A stretch of DNA of 64,000 nt from an uncultured Gammaproteobacteria bacterium (GCA_964408485.1 CAYOZJ010000001.1:92366-156365), one strand, 5' to 3'. Shown: positions 19,275 through 28,733, counted from the stretch's first letter. Notes: generated from the letters alone by a model not told the origin. Program-made: numbers and translations.

Positions 19275-20159
19275 TTAAAATTCTCCCACAAAACTAATTT
19301 CTGGTTCCATTTCTAAACGCAGCTGGTCTCGTACAGTCTGGATTACTAAAGTAATAAGTGCTCTTACATCCGCTGCGGTAGCATTCCCTAAATTCACAAT
19401 AAAATTTGCGTGAGTCAGAGAAATCTGAGCACCTCCAATTATTTTTCCTTTAAGTCCTACTTTTTCAATAAGTCTCCCTGCCCCATACCCTTCTATTTTT
19501 TTAAAAATTGACCCTGCACTGCATTGTGTGGCATTTTTGGGATGTTTTTCTGCTCTCCATGCAACATTGTCATCAATTGTCTTTTGGATTGTTTCTTTCG
19601 TACTTGGTGTCAGACGAAATGTTGCTGATAAAACAATATCGCCACTAGTATGCAAAATGCTTTTATCGTATTCAAATGCAAAATAACCTTTTGTTACAAT
19701 ATCTGTCGTGCCATCTTTAAAAAGGAGACTTGCGCTATCCAAAATATCGGCAATATAGAGTGTTTTACTTCTATCAGGACTTAAAAAATGAAGATTTTGC
19801 CATAGCGCACCTCCAACGGTTGATGGAATCCCAGCAAAATGCTCGAGTCCTGAAAGACTCTGCTCTTTTGAAGCTTCAATTAAATTTTCTATTGTCGCGC
19901 CTGATTGAGCAATGAGAAGATTCCCAGCAAACTCATATTCTTTTGCTTCATTTTTAATTACTAGTCCTCGAAACCCTTTATCACTCACCAAAATATTTGC
20001 ACCACTTCCAAGAACAAAAACTTGTTGGTTATTCTTTTTAGCGAAGGAAAGCGCCTCTTTTAACTCGTCTAGTGTAGTTGTTGTGACAAAATAATCTGCA
20101 GGACCACCAATGTGAAATGTTGTGTATTGGGCAAGAGGAATATTTTGCTGCATTTGCAT
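19275..20159 (-). CDS. murB: UDP-N-acetylenolpyruvoylglucosamine reductase
   Basis: FAD-binding PCMH domain at the N-terminus (TTFHIGGPADYF...VLGSGANIL). Conserved MurB C-terminal domain. Confidence 0.9.
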   Translation of the reverse strand: MQMQQNIPLAQYTTFHIGGPADYFVTTTTLDELKEALSFAKKNNQQVFVLGSGANILVSDKGFRGLVIKNEAKEYEFAGNLLIAQSGATIENLIEASKEQSLSGLEHFAGIPSTVGGALWQNLHFLSPDRSKTLYIADILDSASLLFKDGTTDIVTKGYFAFEYDKSILHTSGDIVLSATFRLTPSTKETIQKTIDDNVAWRAEKHPKNATQCSAGSIFKKIEGYGAGRLIEKVGLKGKIIGGAQISLTHANFIVNLGNATAADVRALITLVIQTVRDQLRLEMEPEISFVGEF

Positions 20160-20196
20160 AGGAGTATTATCTCACACACACAGAAGGATTTACAGC

Positions 20197-22725
20197 TTAT
20201 TGGTCAGGAGTTGTTGTATTGTTAGTTTCATTTGTAAGATCGTACGCATTCTCCATACGCTTTGCAATGTGTTGTAAATTAAAAGGCAAACTATATAACC
20301 CTAAGTCATATATATCTTCAGCAGAAAGTTCTTGATTAGTTTCTAGCTTGGCATGTAAGCTCTGCACCCTCTTAAGAGCCTCTTCCCTATTTCCAAAAAG
20401 CTGTTCTATTCTTTCCTGCGGAAATGCATTCGGCACCTGTTGATTGAGATTGGTAAAATAATTGCCAATTTGCGGGACTGCATCGGGATACTGCTGATAC
20501 ATACTACTAACTTGTCCAAAAAGGTTTCTCACCAACCTTGCTTGATGAGTCGGATGAACAGTTGCTTCGTACACGTATGAAAAAAGTGTATTTGGCCCAT
20601 GATACGAAGACTCTAACTGATTGAAAGAAAATTGCGAAAGAGTATTATCTTCTCTCACCCGCGCAATAAAGGAATTTGGAATCATATTATACAATATACT
20701 AGAACGTGAGTCTGTTTCTCCAATAGTAAATAAACCTAATTCTCCACGATTGTCTGTTACTTCAAAATGCTCAATATCTTCGTTAAGAGAAATTGGACTC
20801 ATAAGCGACGGGTCAACAACAGCAAAGTCGCCCTCTCGGCGTGGTAACGTACCTTCAGAGACAGGTGTTTTAGTTGGATCATCCAATTGTTCAAAAAGAC
20901 TTGTAAGTGTTATGGATTTGGGTAATTCCACAACTTCTGGCATTGCTGCAGTAGCTTGCTCAACAACTTCTTGCTCGACAACTGGAGCTTCGACTTGCAT
21001 CGGAAGTATTATTTCCTCTCCCTTAAGCATTTCCATGACCTTTTTAATATCAACACTATGTCCTAAAAATTCAATTTGGCGAATTTGCTCGGGAGTAAGA
21101 GTAAGTGGATCTATTTTCAGAACTTCTTCCAATGCTTTTCTTCTTTCAGGCCATACAGCGAGAGTCTGCTCGGTGTTAACTGTATAAGGAAAAAGTTCGT
21201 CTACAACTACCTCTTCATTAATGGTTGGCTCAACGGAATCAATAGCAACAAGCCTATTAGGAGTAGATACATCATGAAGTATTGCTTGTTCTTTTTGAAT
21301 AAATGGAACAAGTTGTTCTTCAATAAAATCCTGCTCCTCTGAAGAGAGATTTTCTTGCAACCCCGCATATTCTCTATGAAACTGTTGTTGAAAGGCAATC
21401 TGTATTACCTGACCCTCTTCATTATTATTTCCGATCAGTTGTGGTTCTATAACTTGCAAATCATGAAATGCAAATTGCCTTAATGAGTCTGGTGTTTGAG
21501 CTTCAAAAAATTCTTGAAGAAGCTGTGGATTAACCTCATGAACACGCAGAATTGTCTCCCCTATTTGTTGATAAAGCATTGCTTGCTCTTCGGGGCTTTC
21601 TGCAGATGCAGCAGCTAAAGCAAATGTACCAGAGTCATTGTCGGTTAATGCTTCTGCATTTTTAAAACGCTTATTTTCTTCTAAAACACGGGCTGGTGGA
21701 AAAACTTCCTCATTGGGGAAGAGATGTTCTCCATCAGGTTCAAGAACAAAGAAATTTTTACGAAGCTGTAATTCTTTTAGTTGCTCAAATGTAAGATTTT
21801 GCGCAAAATCCACAGGAACACCTTTTTCTAGCCAATAAGGATTGCCAGGTTGTGCAGGTGGTTGAAGACGTGCTAAAACATCTTTCACATTATGAGGCTT
21901 CCCTTTTTCTAATGCCTGCGGTCTTTCAGCTTGTTCTCTATGCTTCTGCAACCATTCCCATGCAGTGCTCTCGTCTTCATTCAATGTTGCGTCAGGTGTG
22001 ACTTGCTCTAATGCTTGCTGATCATGTAATGCTCGGGTTTTTGCAACAAGGAGAGCACCCAGTGCATGCTGCGCTTTCTCACCTGCAACTTGCAAAAGAG
22101 GAGCAACTCTTTGAAGATTATCAATAATTTTTTCAGGATCTCCATTACTTTCTCGACTTGCTGCCTCGACCAGAGTATCAATAAGCTTTTTTGTATCATT
22201 TCCGCTTTTGTCTGTAGGACTTAGGTAAGTAGCATAGAAAATAAGCATACGAGCAAAATCATTGTCGATACTTTCCTGAGATAAGGGACGTTCGCCTCCT
22301 ATAGCCTGCAAGTCATTATTTATAGTGGCTATAAGAGAAATTACTTTTGGGTCCTGTAATTCTTGTTGTGTTTGGTCTATTGACCCATGGAGACCAACAG
22401 CCTGCAATATATGTATAACATCTATGTCTGTTTGCTTAGCAACCCACTGACGAATTCCAGGTTTTTCTCTATCTCCTGCAATCCATGTAATCAATTCTTG
22501 CCCAAAATTTAACTTTTTCCCCTGGGATTGTTGTTCTTGCCAATACCCATCCCTATCTGAAAGGGATCCTCCCTGAAAAGCAGCAAGTACATCTGCAGGA
22601 ATGTCTTGACCAAGTGGATGAGATCCTTCTTGCGTAAGAATTCTCTTACTCACGTTTACAGAGTATCGAGAAAGTAAAAGTCGACGTTTCTTCTCCTCTT
22701 CAGGAGTACGTCTTCGTTCAATCAT
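20197..22725 (-). CDS. Large acidic hypothetical protein, 842 aa, no TM and no recognisable domain
   Basis: Uninterrupted 2.5-kb ORF rich in E/Q/L. Co-oriented between ctpA and murB with two small P/G-rich ORFs upstream. Confidence 0.55.
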   Translation of the reverse strand: MIERRRTPEEEKKRRLLLSRYSVNVSKRILTQEGSHPLGQDIPADVLAAFQGGSLSDRDGYWQEQQSQGKKLNFGQELITWIAGDREKPGIRQWVAKQTDIDVIHILQAVGLHGSIDQTQQELQDPKVISLIATINNDLQAIGGERPLSQESIDNDFARMLIFYATYLSPTDKSGNDTKKLIDTLVEAASRESNGDPEKIIDNLQRVAPLLQVAGEKAQHALGALLVAKTRALHDQQALEQVTPDATLNEDESTAWEWLQKHREQAERPQALEKGKPHNVKDVLARLQPPAQPGNPYWLEKGVPVDFAQNLTFEQLKELQLRKNFFVLEPDGEHLFPNEEVFPPARVLEENKRFKNAEALTDNDSGTFALAAASAESPEEQAMLYQQIGETILRVHEVNPQLLQEFFEAQTPDSLRQFAFHDLQVIEPQLIGNNNEEGQVIQIAFQQQFHREYAGLQENLSSEEQDFIEEQLVPFIQKEQAILHDVSTPNRLVAIDSVEPTINEEVVVDELFPYTVNTEQTLAVWPERRKALEEVLKIDPLTLTPEQIRQIEFLGHSVDIKKVMEMLKGEEIILPMQVEAPVVEQEVVEQATAAMPEVVELPKSITLTSLFEQLDDPTKTPVSEGTLPRREGDFAVVDPSLMSPISLNEDIEHFEVTDNRGELGLFTIGETDSRSSILYNMIPNSFIARVREDNTLSQFSFNQLESSYHGPNTLFSYVYEATVHPTHQARLVRNLFGQVSSMYQQYPDAVPQIGNYFTNLNQQVPNAFPQERIEQLFGNREEALKRVQSLHAKLETNQELSAEDIYDLGLYSLPFNLQHIAKRMENAYDLTNETNNTTTPDQ

Positions 22726-22774
22726 ACTATTTTTAGTGTACTAAGAATTGGAGAAAATGAAAAGGAAGAAGAAA

Positions 22775-23137
22775 CTATTTGCCCTGACCTTGAGGACCAC
22801 TTTGTCCCCCCGAACGATCCTGTAAACCAATTGGTCGCCCAGGCTGAGTTCCCGGCATGTCACTTAATTTTTTAAGTTTACTCGGAGGTACAGACGAAAG
22901 TGGTTGCGTCACTCTCTCTTCTTCATCAAGACCTATTCCGCCAATGCTTCCTCTTACTGTTGGGCGAACACCAGAATCACCAGGAAACTGAACGCGGTCA
23001 TATGGCCTTGTATCTCCTAGTTGATGTGTGACAATTGGAACACTTGGATTTGTCTCTGCTGAATCTGCTGGATTTGTACCTGTTTTATTCAATTGTTCAA
23101 TTCTATCAGGTCTAACAGAATCTCCATTGTCTATCAT
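22775..23137 (-). CDS. Pro/Gly-rich low-complexity hypothetical protein
   Basis: 120-aa ORF in operon-like arrangement. Confidence 0.35.
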   Translation of the reverse strand: MIDNGDSVRPDRIEQLNKTGTNPADSAETNPSVPIVTHQLGDTRPYDRVQFPGDSGVRPTVRGSIGGIGLDEEERVTQPLSSVPPSKLKKLSDMPGTQPGRPIGLQDRSGGQSGPQGQGK

Positions 23138-23180
23138 AATCTAACTTAATCAAATTCCTATAAGCTTTGCAAGAGGAAAC

Positions 23181-23498
23181 TTATTTACCCCCACCATTGG
23201 TTGGCTTTTCGCCACCAGAAGTATTAGAACCCGCAGATCCCTTATCTTTAAATTGAGGTCTAAGAATTTTTGCTTTTGTAAGAGGAGTTGTCGGCTTACT
23301 TTGTAACTGTTCTAGAAAATAGTCACCATCTGTATTAAGAGGAGCATTTCGAGGAGCGGTAAGATCTGGAGCGCCGGGGTTATTTGGTATTCCCTTTACG
23401 GAAGGCTTCTCTGGATACTCAGGATCAGGGGCACCTCCTTCAAAAAGATCAGTTGGGCGTTCAGGCATATTACCTTCATTCATATCACCAGCATACAA
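23181..23498 (-). CDS. Pro/Gly-rich low-complexity hypothetical protein
   Basis: 105-aa ORF in operon-like arrangement. Confidence 0.35.
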   Translation of the reverse strand: MYAGDMNEGNMPERPTDLFEGGAPDPEYPEKPSVKGIPNNPGAPDLTAPRNAPLNTDGDYFLEQLQSKPTTPLTKAKILRPQFKDKGSAGSNTSGGEKPTNGGGK

Positions 23499-23522
23499 AG
23501 AACTTTTTTAAGAGTCAAGACT

Positions 23523-24797
23523 CTACTGTAGCACTGTTTGAATTGCTTTTTCTAGCTGCGTGTCATGTGTTGGATCTTTATCGTCCAGACTCACTTGCAC
23601 ATCTGGCGTAAGGCCTATTCCATTTACTCCCTTACCAACCCATGTACCATTTGGTGTAAGCCATTTGGCAATTGTTACATGAAGTCCTGCTCCTCCACCC
23701 AAATCCAATGCTTCTTGTACTGTCCCTTTTCCAAAAGATACTTCTCCTACCAACTTTGCCCGCTTGTTGTCTCGAAGAGCACCACTCACAATCTCTGCAG
23801 CAGATGCTGAGCCTTTATTAATAAGGACTACGAGTGGGACTTTGTTTACCAATAGACCGTTCCGCGTAACAGAGAGTGTTGTTCTGTTACCACTTGCCTC
23901 TTCTTCCATAACAACTGGTGTTCCTTGAGACAAGAATTCTCCTGCAATAAATGTTGCATCAGTTAAGTATCCTCCAGGATTATTACGAAGGTCTAAAATA
24001 ATTCCCTTTACTGTCCCATCTTTTACTTTTCCACTAAGTGAATTCACTAAATTCTGCCAATCAACATTGGTATTATCTCCAAACTGTGAAAGTCTTAGAT
24101 ACATAACAGACGTATCTGCAAGTGGGCTGTCTTTCAGATTAATCGCATCAACATCTTTTACTTTCTTTACCCATCCTGCAACACTTTTTACGGTAATCGT
24201 GTCACGAGTTATATTCATTGTTACAGGTGACTTTGCATCTTTGTGTAAAATACCAAGCGCTACACTGCTTCCTTTTGGTCCACGGATAGTATTAACTGCC
24301 TTATCCAGTGTCCACCCATCCGTTGACATATCATTAACACTTACAATCATATCCCCTGCCTTTATCCCTGACTTTTGCGCAGGACTCCCATCCAGAGGCG
24401 CTACAATAACAATTTTTCCATCTTTTAGTCCCAATTCTGCTCCAATACCACTAAATTGTCCTGCCATTTGTTGTTGAAAAGATGTTTGCTGAGCTGGTGG
24501 AAGAAAAAGTGTATAGGGATCACCAACAGACGCAACCATTCCAGAAATTGCACCATACAGCAATTTTTGCGGATCAACTGCTTTTTGGTCGTAGTAATTG
24601 CTCGTTAACTTAGCCCAAACATTCCAGAATAAATTAAAGTCCACCAAAGACGCATTGCTTGGCGGCTCTTTATTAACAACAGTAATATTTGGTTTGTAAT
24701 TCTTCCAATCAAGATTTACTTTCGCTGTACCCACATAAAATCCAATTAAAAATACGATAAGAAGAATAACAAGGTAACGAATTTTTCCTGGGGTCAT
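23523..24797 (-). CDS. ctpA: C-terminal processing peptidase (S41 family, tail-specific protease)
   Basis: N-terminal TM anchor, PDZ domain (GDMIVSVND) and S41 catalytic region (GSASAAEIVSGALRD...K). Confidence 0.9.
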   Translation of the reverse strand: MTPGKIRYLVILLIVFLIGFYVGTAKVNLDWKNYKPNITVVNKEPPSNASLVDFNLFWNVWAKLTSNYYDQKAVDPQKLLYGAISGMVASVGDPYTLFLPPAQQTSFQQQMAGQFSGIGAELGLKDGKIVIVAPLDGSPAQKSGIKAGDMIVSVNDMSTDGWTLDKAVNTIRGPKGSSVALGILHKDAKSPVTMNITRDTITVKSVAGWVKKVKDVDAINLKDSPLADTSVMYLRLSQFGDNTNVDWQNLVNSLSGKVKDGTVKGIILDLRNNPGGYLTDATFIAGEFLSQGTPVVMEEEASGNRTTLSVTRNGLLVNKVPLVVLINKGSASAAEIVSGALRDNKRAKLVGEVSFGKGTVQEALDLGGGAGLHVTIAKWLTPNGTWVGKGVNGIGLTPDVQVSLDDKDPTHDTQLEKAIQTVLQ

Positions 24798-24927
24798 AAA
24801 GAACAGTTTACTAGAGTTTTAAAAGAGTGTCCAGGAGAAAATTGAAGAAAATTACTGCGACTTCGCGCTAGCGAAGAATAAAGATAACTAAACTCCTATG
24901 CAGCAAGACAAGGATTTATCCTTTGTC

Positions 24928-25176
24928 TTATACTCGTAAAACAAAAGGAAGAAGGGCTAAATGTCTTGCATGTTTAACTGCAGTAGTGACTCTTCTTTGA
25001 TGAAGTGCACAAAGACCTGTGCGTGCACCACTAATAATCTTGCCTCGCTCGGTAATATATTTTTCGAGTGACTTACTATCCAAGAAATTTGGATTAGTCC
25101 CATCTTTACAGAAAGGGCAATTTCTTGGCACTACTATTTTCTTCATTTTTGATCGTGATTGTTGTTTTTTTGGCAT
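24928..25176 (-). CDS. rpsR: 30S ribosomal protein S18
   Basis: KYITERGKII..RTGLCA..QRRVTTAVKHARHLALLP matches the S18 core. Confidence 0.85.
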   Translation of the reverse strand: MPKKQQSRSKMKKIVVPRNCPFCKDGTNPNFLDSKSLEKYITERGKIISGARTGLCALHQRRVTTAVKHARHLALLPFVLRV

Positions 25177-25189
25177 ATAATTTTACTCC

Positions 25190-25705
25190 TTAAAACGGTA
25201 TATCATCTGCAACGTCATCTGCGCTCATTCCCTGATCTTGTGCTGAGCTTGCCGAAGCATCTGCTTCTTTTTTTACTTCTTTTACTTTTGGCGTTGGCGC
25301 TTCTGTCACTTGCCCTGAGCTAGCCGAACGGGTTGGTTCTACAGAACTTTCAAAATTCCCAGTTCCCTCACGTCTACTATCCAAAACCATCATATCATCG
25401 ATGACGATTTCTGTTGAGTCTTTTTCTACGCCGTCTTTATTCGTATACTTCCTATACGCAATTCTACCCTCAACATATACTTTTCGTCCTTTTGAAAGTA
25501 ACTGGCTACACAGCTCGCCCAACTTATTCCAGGCAACGATTTTATGAAACTCTGTCTCCTCTTTCTTCTCACCTGTATCAGTTGTCCAACTTCTATTGGT
25601 TGCTAAACCAAATGTGGCAACTGCTGTCCCTGTTGGTGTATATCGCAATTCCGGATCTCGTGTTAAATTTCCAATCAACTGTACGCGATTTAAACTTCGT
25701 GCCAT
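25190..25705 (-). CDS. ssb: Single-stranded DNA-binding protein
   Basis: OB-fold N-terminus (VQLIGNLTRDPELRYTPTG), disordered linker, acidic tail ending DDIPF. Confidence 0.92.
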   Translation of the reverse strand: MARSLNRVQLIGNLTRDPELRYTPTGTAVATFGLATNRSWTTDTGEKKEETEFHKIVAWNKLGELCSQLLSKGRKVYVEGRIAYRKYTNKDGVEKDSTEIVIDDMMVLDSRREGTGNFESSVEPTRSASSGQVTEAPTPKVKEVKKEADASASSAQDQGMSADDVADDIPF

Positions 25706-25789
25706 AAGTAATTATTTATTTATTATTTATTAACGAGTTTTGCGAGTTAACGGGTTTCTCAACTCATTAACGCGTTAACCCATTAATAG

Positions 25790-26062
25790 CTAATTAGATC
25801 GTAATACCAACTGCCTTAGGATTTCATCATTTTCCATAAGTTTTCGCTCAAAATCGGAAGGCATTGTCTCTGCCTCAACTGTTAACTCATAAAAATGCCC
25901 TGAAAGCTCGTGCTTAATTTTATATGCTAAAGCCTTACTTCCTAAATCTTCCTCTTTTGTGATTTTTACGCCTTTCAGAAGGTCTTTTACCCATCCAACG
26001 GTTTTCTTGCGAGCATCATCAGACCCAGTTTTAACAACCAAAACAACTTGATAACTTCTCAT
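25790..26062 (-). CDS. rpsF: 30S ribosomal protein S6
   Basis: MRSYQVVLVV... with S6 fold signature. Sits in the conserved rpsF-ssb-rpsR order. Confidence 0.85.
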   Translation of the reverse strand: MRSYQVVLVVKTGSDDARKKTVGWVKDLLKGVKITKEEDLGSKALAYKIKHELSGHFYELTVEAETMPSDFERKLMENDEILRQLVLRSN

Positions 26063-26124
26063 GTTGTCCTATTTTACTCAATTTTGAGGCACAAAACAAG
26101 AGGCAGGTTACTAAAACCATTACC

Positions 26125-26153
26125 TTGACAGAAGAAAAACTTTCCATTACATT
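26125..26153 (+). promoter_or_regulatory. Sigma70 promoter TTGACA-17-TACATT, 6 nt upstream of the ATG at 26160
   Basis: Consensus -35 at 26125-26130. Effectively leaderless. Confidence 0.5.
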
Positions 26154-26159
26154 CTAGTC

Positions 26160-26444
26160 ATGGCAGCAGACAGAGAGACAGATATACAACAGGCGGTTGA
26201 GCAATGGCTTATTGAAACAAGACGTCTCAGAGCTCCAAAAGCTCCAGGGAAAACACACGAGGCTTGGTTAGCTCCAACAGAAACTGTAGTAGAGCCACCA
26301 CAAGCAACTCCCCCAGTTGGTGCTCCCTCACTTCACCCAGACAGATATTTTAGAGATTCCACCGGTCTAAGACATATAGACAATCCGTCTCCGCGAGGAT
26401 CAAGTCGGGTGAGAGGTCCCCGCGAACGTGGCAACAGAAGCTAA
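26160..26444 (+). CDS. Small basic/Pro-rich disordered hypothetical protein
   Basis: 94-aa ORF with its own consensus promoter. Composition is locally GC-richer. Confidence 0.35.
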   Translation: MAADRETDIQQAVEQWLIETRRLRAPKAPGKTHEAWLAPTETVVEPPQATPPVGAPSLHPDRYFRDSTGLRHIDNPSPRGSSRVRGPRERGNRS

Positions 26445-26451
26445 AAGTCTC

Positions 26452-26480
26452 TTGACATAACTACGCTGATTCTGTACAAA
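26452..26480 (+). promoter_or_regulatory. Sigma70 promoter TTGACA-17-TACAAA, 8 nt upstream of the ATG at 26489
   Basis: Consensus -35 at 26452-26457. Confidence 0.5.
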
Positions 26481-26488
26481 TAGTAGCT

Positions 26489-26791
26489 ATGGGAAAACAC
26501 AAGAAAGGTAGCCCTGCAACAAGTAAGCTCGCAAAAGACCATGCATACTCCGATACAAGGGATGCTCCTCGTCTTCACTCTAATAGACTAGGCAAACGTC
26601 CTCCAGAAACCGACATGTCTCAGGAGGGAGAAAGCAATGACTCAACAAAAAGAGAAACACCAGGTTTGCGATTTGTACAAGCACCACCAATAACAAGAAG
26701 ACCATCGTCTATTAGACCAAAGCCTGAAACAGAAAGAAGTGCGTACAAAGATATGGTAGATGAGTGGAATGGGAATAAGGAAGAAAAATAA
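26489..26791 (+). CDS. Small basic disordered hypothetical protein
   Basis: 100-aa ORF with its own promoter. Confidence 0.35.
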   Translation: MGKHKKGSPATSKLAKDHAYSDTRDAPRLHSNRLGKRPPETDMSQEGESNDSTKRETPGLRFVQAPPITRRPSSIRPKPETERSAYKDMVDEWNGNKEEK

Positions 26792-26796
26792 AAAAA

Positions 26797-27942
26797 TTAG
26801 CTCCCTATTTTAAATTCAACTACGTCGCCGTCTTTCATTATGTAATCTTTTCCTTCGAGCCGTGCTTTTCCTTTTTCTCTAGACCCCTTCCAACCATTTT
26901 GATCAACAAAGTCCTCATACCCAACAACTTCTGCTTTAATAAATTTCTTTATAAAATCTGTATGAATCTCCCCTGCTGCTTCTGGCGCACTACTTCCTTT
27001 TCGTATTGTCCAAGCCCGCACTTCTTTTTCCCCACAAGTCAAAAAACTTATTAGACCTAACTGCGTATAGGCTTTTTGTATCAAACGCTCTAAGCCCGAC
27101 GCGCTAAGCCCTAAGCCGGCAAGGTATTCTTTTTGCTCATCATCCGAAAGACCTGCTAATTCAGATTCAATTTGCGCACAGATGACAACAATATTGTCTA
27201 CCCCAATGTCATTCCCGCGCAGGCGGGAATCTAGGGAACTGGATCCCTGATCGGAGTCAGGGATGACAGCAGAAAGTAATGAACGATACTCTCTCGTTAC
27301 TTTTTCAATTCCTTCAGGATTATATTGTGATTCACTCACGTTTAGGACAACTAACTCAGGCTTTGAGCTTAGCAGGAATAGCTCTCTTATTGCTTCCCTT
27401 TCTTCCTCGCTAAGATCCATTGCCCTCACCGGTACCCCTTGTTCTAATAGCTTTTGGACTTTCTCATGATTTGCGTTTTTTACTTTGCGATTTACATTCT
27501 GCAGAGTCTGCAGGTCAGCAAGCATAAGCTCAGTATTAATGACTTCATAGTCAGATTTTGGATCTACAGCACCTTCCTTAATAACATTCTCGTCTTCAAA
27601 CGCTCTGACAACATGCGCAACAACCGACACTTCTTTAATGTGCCCTAGGAATTTATTGCCAAGTCCTGCTCCCTCTGATGCACCTTTCACAAGTCCTGCA
27701 ATATCGACAAATTCAACAGTTGCAGGCTTGAGTGGTGGCAATTCACTCATCTTTTCTTCTTCTTTGGTAATCTCAGCAAGCTTGTTAAGTCGCGGATCTG
27801 GCACGGCAACAATCCCTACATTTGGCTCAATAGTTGCAAAAGGATAATTTGCAGCTAACGCTTGCTGCTTTTTAAGAAGCGCATTAAACAATGTAGATTT
27901 TCCTACATTCGGAAGACCGACAATCCCAACACTCAAGTTCAT
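26797..27942 (-). CDS. ychF: Ribosome-binding ATPase YchF (Obg-family GTPase)
   Basis: G1 motif GIVGLPNVGKSTLFNAL. TGS domain C-terminus (DFIKKFIKAEVVGYEDF...VVEFK). Carries an in-frame 60-bp repeat insert. Confidence 0.92.
   Translation of the reverse strand: MNLSVGIVGLPNVGKSTLFNALLKKQQALAANYPFATIEPNVGIVAVPDPRLNKLAEITKEEEKMSELPPLKPATVEFVDIAGLVKGASEGAGLGNKFLGHIKEVSVVAHVVRAFEDENVIKEGAVDPKSDYEVINTELMLADLQTLQNVNRKVKNANHEKVQKLLEQGVPVRAMDLSEEEREAIRELFLLSSKPELVVLNVSESQYNPEGIEKVTREYRSLLSAVIPDSDQGSSSLDSRLRGNDIGVDNIVVICAQIESELAGLSDDEQKEYLAGLGLSASGLERLIQKAYTQLGLISFLTCGEKEVRAWTIRKGSSAPEAAGEIHTDFIKKFIKAEVVGYEDFVDQNGWKGSREKGKARLEGKDYIMKDGDVVEFKIGS
27208..27267. repeat. In-frame 60-bp hairpin-rich insert within ychF (TIR GTCATTCCC...GGGATGAC)
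   Basis: Encodes DSDQGSSSLDSRLRGNDIGV on the minus strand. Contains hairpins CCCGCGCAGGCGGG and CCCTGATCGGAGTCAGGG. The termini are inverted repeats related to the other GATGAC-ended elements. Confidence 0.7.
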
Positions 27943-27956
27943 AGAGGAATTATAGA

Positions 27957-28265
27957 TTAGTTGTCTTTACTTTGGTATACCCAAGCTTCTTTTCCACTTA
28001 ATAACACAACCTTTGCTCTTTTATAGGCAGACTCATACACATCAATTTTTGCTAACTCTTCTGAAGTAACAGAAAGAATCTTTCCTTCAATAGTCCCCTC
28101 TCCCTCAGAAATAATAGGATATGTTTTGCCATCAACTTTAATAGTCGATTTACTGAATCCAGGTAATGCGTCTGGTACGCCGCTAACAAACCGGCCAATA
28201 ATACGCTGCTGAACTTCCGGAATTAGTAATGTTCCATAACTAAAAATTTGCTCTGATGGATTCAT
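27957..28265 (-). CDS. Gamma-glutamylcyclotransferase-like (GGCT/AIG2 family) protein
   Basis: N-terminal FSYGTLL motif and a conserved Glu region typical of AIG2/GGCT folds. Confidence 0.6.
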   Translation of the reverse strand: MNPSEQIFSYGTLLIPEVQQRIIGRFVSGVPDALPGFSKSTIKVDGKTYPIISEGEGTIEGKILSVTSEELAKIDVYESAYKRAKVVLLSGKEAWVYQSKDN

Positions 28266-28309
28266 GAGGCTAATTATAGCAGAAGATTGTTTTCTGTTAT
28301 ACTTTTTCT

Positions 28310-28696
28310 ATGGTTACTCCTTTAGATAAAGCACGAGAGCTTATTCTCAAACAATCTACACCTGAGGACGCAAAGAAAAAAATTGAACTATTAAAAAATA
28401 TTTCTGAGGAAGAATTACAAGAAGCGCTTATTCAATATTTTGACACTGCCGAACCCTTGGCATATTCAGGAAACGTACAAGCAATTAGCACCATGCTTCG
28501 AGTACTCGAACATTTTGGAGATAAGTCTCATGATCGAATGCTTCTTCACTATATTGCGCAGGCTGCAGCAAATAACGCTCTCTCAGAACTGAAGTCTGAA
28601 TCTCATCCACATCATGTAAATATGGTTACAGCTCTAACTCTTATTTCCGAGGCTTTTGCCGATGCAGACCAGATAAATGATAGTAAGACTTCTTAG
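28310..28696 (+). CDS. Hypothetical protein, 128 aa, helical
   Basis: ORF only. Confidence 0.35.
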   Translation: MVTPLDKARELILKQSTPEDAKKKIELLKNISEEELQEALIQYFDTAEPLAYSGNVQAISTMLRVLEHFGDKSHDRMLLHYIAQAAANNALSELKSESHPHHVNMVTALTLISEAFADADQINDSKTS

Positions 28697-28733
28697 ATAA
28701 CTTGCAGGACTACTTATCCTTTAGGGGAAAGCC

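Noticed and set aside
24798-24927. Palindromes CTTCGCGCTAGCGAAG and AGACAAGGATTTATCCTTTGTCT between ctpA and rpsR as a candidate terminator
   Set aside because: Neither hairpin is followed by a U-tract on the relevant (minus) strand, so I cannot call a Rho-independent terminator. It could be a protein-binding site or another repeat.
26458-26490. tmRNA-like 5' motif (CGCTGATTCTG)
   Set aside because: It is only a short resemblance. It lies inside a promoter spacer and leader for the ORF at 26489. No tag-peptide reading frame or tRNA-like acceptor or T-arm (GGTTCGAATCC) is present.
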